From IMG/VR virus record IMGVR_UViG_3300010266_000003, positions 1 to 40,271 of that record: a DNA stretch of 40,271 nucleotides; one strand, 5' to 3'. The notes under the pieces were generated by a model that was given only the letters and a program-made list of their open reading frames with translations, was not told the origin of the DNA and did no database searches. The translations under genes were made by a program, and so were the position numbers. The stretch comes from a virus. Below, piece by piece: positions 34,713 to 40,108 of the stretch (positions are counted from its first letter, which is position 1; each line of letters opens with the position of its first letter).

Positions 34713-34782
34713 TGACAAGTCATCTCCTTTCTGCGCGGCGCTTTTTATGCCGGCTCCGCCTCCGCCCACTTGGCCGACTGGA

Positions 34783-35352
34783 TCACACGCTTGCGGGGGC
34801 CATAGTCAAAGACCACCAACCGCATCCCATTCGGTGTCCGGGCCTCCACCTTCCACCCCGCCGTCTACGGCCTCCACTTTTACGATCTTGTTCATGGTAC
34901 ACCTCCATTTCTTGCACTCCAAAGTCTAACGCGGCCCCATGGCTGGCCATGTAGACGTCCAGGGCTTGTCCATCGATCCCCGCCCCGGTGTCCTCCACCA
35001 CCCTCCAGCCGACGCCCTCTATGTAGATCTCCGTCCCGGCCGGCAGCACGTCCCAATCCGCCGCCACCGTGCGCCCCTCCTCCGGCACAGTCCCGGAGGC
35101 CGTCAGCCCGCCGGACCATTGCCCGCAGCACTTTGCGCATGGGCAATAGGCATACACGGTGTACGTGCCCAGGCTCTCAAGCCCCGGCGCGTCCGCCTCC
35201 ATCAGCTCCCGTACCAGCACAGGCCCGCCGGGATGCTTTTCCAGCGTACGGGCGATGGATGGTCCAGCATCCAGCGCGTAGACCCCGCAGCAGGCCGCAA
35301 GGTAGATGGCTGGGATCAGCGCCAGCAGGGCCAGATCACGACGGGTCATCAT
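34783..35352 (-). CDS. Membrane-anchored 3D-domain (MltA/YuiC-like) peptidoglycan hydrolase
   Basis: 189 aa. The N-terminal anchor is RRDLALLALIPAIYLAACCGVYA. The 3D core is YAYCPCAKCCG...LTASGTVPEEGRTVAADWDVLPAGTEIYIEGVGWRVVEDTGAGIDGQALDVYM. The last 38 aa are Arg/Gly-rich and of doubtful authenticity. Confidence 0.7.
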   Translation of the reverse strand: MMTRRDLALLALIPAIYLAACCGVYALDAGPSIARTLEKHPGGPVLVRELMEADAPGLESLGTYTVYAYCPCAKCCGQWSGGLTASGTVPEEGRTVAADWDVLPAGTEIYIEGVGWRVVEDTGAGIDGQALDVYMASHGAALDFGVQEMEVYHEQDRKSGGRRRRGGRWRPGHRMGCGWWSLTMAPASV

Positions 35353-35522
35353 GGCGCCACCGCCTTTTGCTTCTCGCTCTGTTCGGACAGTTCGCGCCTA
35401 TACCGGTCCGCCAGATAGCTCCCCAAGTAACGGATAGCCCACTCAGGGGGATTATATGGCCCCTCCAGCGGCTTCCCATTCAGCATCAGCACCACTTCAA
35501 ATTCTGGTTCTTTTCGCGGCAC
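35349..35522 (-). CDS. Small early hypothetical protein
   Basis: GTG 35522 follows GGAAGGAGGAG. Translation is (M)PRKEPEFEVVLMLNGKPLEGPYNPPEWAIRYLGSYLADRYRRELSEQSEKQKAVAP (57 aa). Its stop overlaps the 3D-gene ATG. Confidence 0.55.
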   Translation of the reverse strand: MPRKEPEFEVVLMLNGKPLEGPYNPPEWAIRYLGSYLADRYRRELSEQSEKQKAVAP

Positions 35523-35576
35523 TCTTTTTCTCCTCCTTCCTGACTGGCGTTGGGGATTGCCCTCCTCCCCGTCGCG

Positions 35577-35585
35577 TGATATGAT
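35577..35585 (+). promoter_or_regulatory. Extended -10-like element (TGATATGAT) upstream of the plus-strand small gene
   Basis: TG-n-TATGAT lies 27 nt upstream of ATG 35612. Confidence 0.35.
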
Positions 35586-35611
35586 TCTGGATATGGAAGG
35601 AGGTGATTGTA

Positions 35612-35812
35612 ATGCTGGAATTGACCCACGAGGAATGTCGCGAGCTCGAACGGCGTGTCGCTAAAAGCATGGTGTTTCTGAACTCCGCCGGGACGGAAGA
35701 CTCTCTCGCCTCCGTCGTAGCTCGCGTTGCCACTAGGGCCACAATCTCGACTATTCGGGAATATGAGAAGATGCTAGCTGAGAAGCAAGCTCGTCAGCAA
35801 TGTGTTGAGTAA
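35612..35812 (+). CDS. Opposite-strand small hypothetical protein embedded in the early operon
   Basis: ATG 35612 lies 5 nt after GGAAGGAGGTGA. Translation is MLELTHEECRELERRVAKSMVFLNSAGTEDSLASVVARVATRATISTIREYEKMLAEKQARQQCVE (66 aa). The antisense minus-strand ORF here looks like junk. Confidence 0.55.
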   Translation: MLELTHEECRELERRVAKSMVFLNSAGTEDSLASVVARVATRATISTIREYEKMLAEKQARQQCVE

Positions 35813-35900
35813 TATCGACTGCTTCCTGATTTCGCTGGCCTTGTAGTGCAAGTACGAGGGCAGCGATTTCTTTTGGTGTCGCCTTGATTGTTAGCTCCAT
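35751..35900 (-). CDS. Small early hypothetical protein
   Basis: ATG 35900 follows GAAAGGAGA. Translation is MELTIKATPKEIAALVLALQGQRNQEAVDITQHIADELASQLASSHIPE (49 aa). Confidence 0.55.
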   Translation of the reverse strand: MELTIKATPKEIAALVLALQGQRNQEAVDITQHIADELASQLASSHIPE

Positions 35901-35938
35901 ATTGTCTCCTTTCTAGCTGGCGTATCGAATTTGCGAAT

Positions 35939-35953
35939 TGTCTTTTTAAGACA
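35939..35953. promoter_or_regulatory. Operator-like palindrome TGTCTTTTTAAGACA (distal copy)
   Basis: This 15-mer is identical to 36188-36202. It overlaps the stop codon of the cro-like gene. Confidence 0.55.
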
Positions 35954-36164
35954 TTTTTAGATTAAAAAAAATAGCGTCTGTTTCTCGCGCCGAGAGGCCA
36001 TATCTCCTTTTGATAAAAGCGATCTCAGTCTGCTTGAACTCCGCTCCGCCGGATTCGTTTATCTTTGCATTAAGCCTTGAAAGGCTTATGCCAAGGTAAT
36101 TTGCAAGGTCTTCCTGCGTGTCGGAATGTTTGGCCATATGAGATCTGAGCAATGCCTTGTCCAT
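35946..36164 (-). CDS. Cro-like HTH early regulator
   Basis: 72 aa with RBS GGAGGTGA. The HTH is DTQEDLANYLGISLSRLNAKINE. It is divergent from the repressor gene. Confidence 0.7.
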   Translation of the reverse strand: MDKALLRSHMAKHSDTQEDLANYLGISLSRLNAKINESGGAEFKQTEIAFIKRRYGLSARETDAIFFNLKMS

Positions 36165-36187
36165 CGTTTTACGTCACCTCCGTCATA

Positions 36188-36202
36188 TGTCTTTTTAAGA
36201 CA
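36188..36202. promoter_or_regulatory. Operator palindrome TGTCTTTTTAAGACA (proximal, just downstream of the early -10)
   Basis: Perfect 6-3-6 inverted repeat within the divergent promoter region. Confidence 0.6.
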
Positions 36203-36207
36203 CTCAT

Positions 36208-36236
36208 AGTATAATCCAATGGATATGTCTTGTCAA
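36208..36236 (-). promoter_or_regulatory. Early (PR-like) promoter: TTGACA - 17 bp - TATACT
   Basis: On the minus strand the -35 TTGACA is at 36236-36231 and the -10 TATACT at 36213-36208, with an exact 17-nt spacer. It lies upstream of the cro-like gene. Confidence 0.65.
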
Positions 36237-36240
36237 GATA
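36226..36240. promoter_or_regulatory. Operator variant TGTCTTGTCAAGATA overlapping the early -35
   Basis: Imperfect copy of the same palindrome. It contains the revcomp TTGACA. Confidence 0.5.
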
Positions 36241-36246
36241 TTTTTC

Positions 36247-36275
36247 TTGATTTTTTTTAAAAATTATAGTATAAT
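36247..36275 (+). promoter_or_regulatory. Repressor promoter: TTGATT - 17 bp - TATAAT
   Basis: On the plus strand the -35 is at 36247-36252 and the -10 at 36270-36275, 30 nt upstream of ATG 36305. The 11-mer ATAGTATAATC occurs twice (36206 and 36266). Confidence 0.6.
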
Positions 36276-36304
36276 CAAGACAACAGTAATTAGGCGGTGA
36301 CATC

Positions 36305-36652
36305 ATGACAACCGGAGAAAGAATCAAAGGGCTCAGGCAGGAACTCGGAATGTCTCAGGCAGAACTGGGAGAGAAAATTGGCGTCAAAACCCCTGCTATC
36401 TATAAATATGAAAACGGGCTTGTCGTTAACTTAAAGCGATCAACAATAGAAAAACTAGCTACAGCACTAAATGTGTCTCCATCGTATTTAATGGGGTTTG
36501 ACGGAGAAGAAAAGCCCCTCACCGTTTCCGATGAGGGGCTAAACGAAGTCACTTCGATTTTTGAGCGGCTATCTCCAGATAACCGAGCCAAACTTCTCGA
36601 ACTGTCTCGCCTTTACCTAGACGCTCAGAACAAAAACGAAGGAAAGAAATAA
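36305..36652 (+). CDS. CI-like XRE-family repressor
   Basis: 115 aa. Sequence is MTTGERIKGLRQELGMSQAELGEKIGVKTPAIYKYENG...LATALNVSPSYLMG. It is divergent from the cro-like gene. Confidence 0.8.
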   Translation: MTTGERIKGLRQELGMSQAELGEKIGVKTPAIYKYENGLVVNLKRSTIEKLATALNVSPSYLMGFDGEEKPLTVSDEGLNEVTSIFERLSPDNRAKLLELSRLYLDAQNKNEGKK

Positions 36653-36908
36653 AATCATCCTTGTCTTTTGCTTGGTCATACAGTTTTATGGCGGAGTCGT
36701 CGCTTGGCATAAGTATTCCCCTTTCCCAGGGGCGCGCCTCACTGTTTTGAGCTCTTCCTAATTTTACCACATAGCACTTATTTTTGTCACTGGTAATTCT
36801 TTCCTCCATCGCGCCCTCCGATCTCCCGCAGCCCTTGTCAGTGACTTCATAATAGTACGTTTGTTCTATCTGGTCAAGCCGGAAAAGTTGCCAAATTTCA
36901 ACGTGCAT
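36549..36908 (-). CDS. Uncertain ORF convergent with and overlapping the repressor gene
   Basis: 119-aa ORF in AT-richer DNA with no good RBS at 36908. A better RBS (GGAGGG) precedes the internal ATG at 36809. It overlaps the 3' end of the repressor gene by 104 nt. I recognised no family. Confidence 0.3.
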   Translation of the reverse strand: MHVEIWQLFRLDQIEQTYYYEVTDKGCGRSEGAMEERITSDKNKCYVVKLGRAQNSEARPWERGILMPSDDSAIKLYDQAKDKDDFISFLRFCSERLGKGETVREVWLGYLEIAAQKSK

Positions 36909-37056
36909 TTTCTGCGTTTTAACAGGAGGTGAGAGACGGAATAGTCCGGATTATGGGACACGTGGAATGATATCGTTACCCAGCTGCCGAAGAATGTGGT
37001 GTCGAAAATAAGCCGCTCAAAAGTTACGCAATAATAGAACGCGAGGGGAGAATACT

Positions 37057-38352
37057 ATGGGTATCGGCGACATTTTTAAAGCGAGTGAAAATCAGCAATT
37101 GCGGCAACGAATCTCCGAACTCGAGTCCCTTATAACCCCCGAGATGAAGGACATAAGTACTGCACGTCAGCGCCTTGATGCGCTCCAGCAGGAAATATCT
37201 CTCCAAGAAGTTAAAGCGTTAGGCTTAGAAGCTGACCTAAGCCGAATACAGTCGGAAATTGACCTTGCTAAGAAGAATTTGATTGAAACAAATGACGCCG
37301 TTCTTCTTCAAGAGTTTGGTCTGTATGAGCCGGTTTATGCCTTCGCTACCTCTGACCTATACAAAACCCGACTGCTTGAAATAAGATCAGCGCAAAAAGA
37401 AATGATAAAGAATAAACAGGCTGCTACGGGTTTTACCAATTGGACGGTAAACAACAATGCCGCCAAAGGGCGAAAAATGGTCTCTGATATGCAAAAGCTA
37501 CTGATTCGCGCTTTTAATAGTGAATGCGATGAGGTGATTGGTAATATCAAATTCAACAATATAGAGTCTGGTATAAAAAGAATTACCACCTCGCGAGATG
37601 CTATTTCAAAGCTCGGCGACATAATGGGCGTTAGCATTACGCCAAAATATTATAAATCCAAGCTTGACGAGCTTCACCTTGCATATGAATATCAGGTAAA
37701 AAAGCAAGAGGAAAAAGAAGAGCAGCGACGTATACGCGAGGAGTTGAGAGAACAGGCAAAACTCCAAAAGGAACTTGAAGAAGCCCGTAAGAAAATTGTA
37801 AAAGACCGTCAGCATTATGAAAATGCTCTTAAACAAGCCAGAGAACGGTTAGACACAGAACTCAACGAGGCAACCAAAGCAGATCTACTTGAGAAGATAG
37901 AGGCGTTTGAGAGACAGCTCGAAAAGCTTGATAAGGACCTAAAGGATGTGGACTATAGGGAAGCAAACCAAAAAGCTGGGTACGTGTACATCATATCTAA
38001 CATCGGAGCCTTTGGAAATGATATTTTTAAAATTGGGATGACAAGACGATTGGACCCAATGGACAGGATAGACGAACTTGGCGACGCTTCTGTGCCATTT
38101 AAATTCGATGTGCATGCAATGATTTTTACTGAGGATGCCCCCAAATTGGAATCGGCGCTCCATCACGCTTTTGAATCTAGAAAAGTTAATATGGTAAACA
38201 ATAGACGCGAATTTTTCAGGGTATCTCTTGACGAAATAAAGAAGGTCATTCAAGAAAACTTTGATAAATCTGTTGAGTTTGTCGATTCACCATACGCGGA
38301 GCAGTATAGGCAGTCTCTTTTAATCCAGAAACAGCTCTCAAAATCGGGATAA
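37057..38352 (+). CDS. Coiled-coil + DUF4041-like + T5orf172 (GIY-YIG superfamily) nuclease-like protein
   Basis: 431 aa with RBS GAGGGGAG. Central block: FGLYEPVYAFATSDLYKTRLLEIRSAQKEMIKNKQA...LLIRAFNSECD. C-terminal block: GYVYIISNIGAFGNDIFKIGMTRRLDPMDRIDELGDASVPFKFDVHAMIF...NRREFF. Sampled lines are about 35-40% GC. Confidence 0.8.
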   Translation: MGIGDIFKASENQQLRQRISELESLITPEMKDISTARQRLDALQQEISLQEVKALGLEADLSRIQSEIDLAKKNLIETNDAVLLQEFGLYEPVYAFATSDLYKTRLLEIRSAQKEMIKNKQAATGFTNWTVNNNAAKGRKMVSDMQKLLIRAFNSECDEVIGNIKFNNIESGIKRITTSRDAISKLGDIMGVSITPKYYKSKLDELHLAYEYQVKKQEEKEEQRRIREELREQAKLQKELEEARKKIVKDRQHYENALKQARERLDTELNEATKADLLEKIEAFERQLEKLDKDLKDVDYREANQKAGYVYIISNIGAFGNDIFKIGMTRRLDPMDRIDELGDASVPFKFDVHAMIFTEDAPKLESALHHAFESRKVNMVNNRREFFRVSLDEIKKVIQENFDKSVEFVDSPYAEQYRQSLLIQKQLSKSG

Positions 38353-38357
38353 AAAAT

Positions 38358-38390
38358 GCCTCCCACGGTACTCGCAATACCGTGGGAGGC
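38358..38390. terminator. Perfect 13-bp hairpin after the nuclease-like gene
   Basis: GCCTCCCACGGTA-ctcgcaa-TACCGTGGGAGGC. An A-tract lies upstream on the plus strand, so the U-tract falls on the minus-strand transcript. Confidence 0.5.
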
Positions 38391-38455
38391 GGGAAGGTGT
38401 AGACCACAGAGCGGCGGCTACCCTTCTATTTTATCGGAATAGGAGGATTTTGTCA

Positions 38456-40033
38456 ATGCGCAGGGCTGCAATATATGCACGGTACTCAAGCGACCTCCAA
38501 CGCAGCGAATCCATCGATGCGCAAATTCGAGCGTGTAAATATTATGCGCAGCGCTTTGATCTGGAGGTCGTGCGTATCTATGCTGATGCCGCCAAATCCG
38601 GCAAGAGCACAAAAAAGCGTGAAGATTTCCTAGATATGATGGAGGATGCCGCTCGGGATATCTTTGACGTACTGTTGGTACACAAACTTAGCCGATTCTC
38701 GCGCCGAGGCACCGATACCCTGAACAACAAGGAGAGGCTGGACTCGTTAGGCGTGGAGCTTATCTCTGTCACGGAGCGTCTTGACGACACTCCAGAAGGT
38801 CGCCTTATGCTCTATGTCATTACTGGCATGAATGAGTTCTACTCTGCGAACCTCGCCGCCGAAACTATGAAAGGGCTCCGCGAAAACGCGTATAACGGGA
38901 AGCACACCGGCGGTCTCCCCCCTCTGGGGTACGATGTTGACCCGGTTACGAAGAAACTAACAATCAATCCGTCCGAGGCGGAAGCTGTGCGCATGATATT
39001 CTCCATGTACCTGTCTGGTTGTGGATACGGTGAGATTGTAGACACACTAAATGCGCATGGATACCTCACCAAACGAGGTGCGCCATTTGGGCGGAACTCG
39101 ATCCATGATATTTTGGTCAACGAAAAGTATACCGGCTTGCTGACCTATGACAAAATCGCCTCAAAAACTCCGGATGGGAGAATGAACCGGCGCAAGTTCA
39201 AGGCTGAATACTTAAAAATCGAGGATGGATGCCCGCAAATTATTACCAAAGAGGACTTCGAAAGGGTGAAGGAAACAATGGCGCAGAATAAGCGTGCCCC
39301 GAAGACTACGGCGGTTGAGAATTATCTGCTTTCTGGGAAACTTTTCTGCGGAGAATGCGGTGCCAGGATGTGCGGAGAGCGTCATAAGGTCCGGGACACT
39401 GCATACTCCTATTACATCTGTAACGAGGGAAAGCGCTGTAAAACTCATCGCCTGTCCGTCCGAAAAGAGATCGTAGAGAATATGGTCTTTGATGCACTCA
39501 ACAGGATGGTGCTCTCAGAAGCGTCGGTGGATGCCATAGCTCATGCAGCCGTTGGAAGCTATGAGACCCAGAAGCACGCCGCTGACACCCTGGAAGCTGA
39601 GATTGCAGAATGCGAAGTCAAAATAGCGAACCTGGTAAAAGCCATTGCTACTGGCCTTGATGAACCAGAGTTACGGGAAGAAATGGCGCGGTTGAAGCAG
39701 CGCAAGGCAGAATGTCATGCCATGATGGAAACCCTTCGGGATAATGCGGATCAGCGCAAAAGTGTGGCGGAGTGGAAGGCCTATTTGCGACGCTTCTGTG
39801 ATATAAACGCCTTGCCCGATGAGGATAAGAAAGCGTTGATCGCTGTTTTTGTAGATCGGATTCTTCTGTTTCCAGATGGCGGCCCAGGCCCAAAGGGCAC
39901 ATATAGAATTGAGGTGGAGCTCAACCCCAATCATGTTGAGCCTAGGGAAGGCAACGGCCTCCCGCTGCCAGAAAACCCACAAATAACAGTATTTAAAAAC
40001 GGTTTTGTGGTATTGAATGGCAGAGGCAATTAG
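38456..40033 (+). CDS. Large serine recombinase (integrase)
   Basis: ATG 38456 follows GGAGGA. The resolvase-type N-terminus is MRRAAIYARYSSDLQ...VLLVHKLSRFSRR. It also has a recombinase domain, the zinc-ribbon-like motif CGECGARMCGERH...YYICNEGKRC, and a C-terminal coiled coil. Confidence 0.9.
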   Translation: MRRAAIYARYSSDLQRSESIDAQIRACKYYAQRFDLEVVRIYADAAKSGKSTKKREDFLDMMEDAARDIFDVLLVHKLSRFSRRGTDTLNNKERLDSLGVELISVTERLDDTPEGRLMLYVITGMNEFYSANLAAETMKGLRENAYNGKHTGGLPPLGYDVDPVTKKLTINPSEAEAVRMIFSMYLSGCGYGEIVDTLNAHGYLTKRGAPFGRNSIHDILVNEKYTGLLTYDKIASKTPDGRMNRRKFKAEYLKIEDGCPQIITKEDFERVKETMAQNKRAPKTTAVENYLLSGKLFCGECGARMCGERHKVRDTAYSYYICNEGKRCKTHRLSVRKEIVENMVFDALNRMVLSEASVDAIAHAAVGSYETQKHAADTLEAEIAECEVKIANLVKAIATGLDEPELREEMARLKQRKAECHAMMETLRDNADQRKSVAEWKAYLRRFCDINALPDEDKKALIAVFVDRILLFPDGGPGPKGTYRIEVELNPNHVEPREGNGLPLPENPQITVFKNGFVVLNGRGN

Positions 40034-40063
40034 TCCTCTGCCATTTTATTTTCAAATACTAAA

Positions 40064-40099
40064 GCCCGCCCCTGGGACTTAGGCATCCTTGGGGCGGGC
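40064..40099. terminator. Bidirectional terminator between convergent integrase and XhlA-like genes
   Basis: GCCCGCCCC...GGGGCGGGC, extendable to an about 14-bp imperfect stem with an 8-nt loop. It is flanked by AAA on one side and TTTCTT on the other. Confidence 0.6.
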
Positions 40100-40108
40100 T
40101 TTCTTCGC

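Noticed and set aside
35497-35742. 81-aa minus-strand ORF that would fill the gap in the early operon
   Set aside because: Its sequence is Ser/Arg/Thr-rich and junk-like. It overlaps the start of the next early gene and has no RBS. The plus-strand ORF here has a near-ideal RBS and plausible composition.
37335-38253. Several 60-104-aa minus-strand ORFs inside the nuclease-like gene
   Set aside because: They are antisense to a confidently recognised domain protein. They are hydrophobic and low-complexity, as expected from the antisense of a Lys/Glu-rich AT-rich gene.
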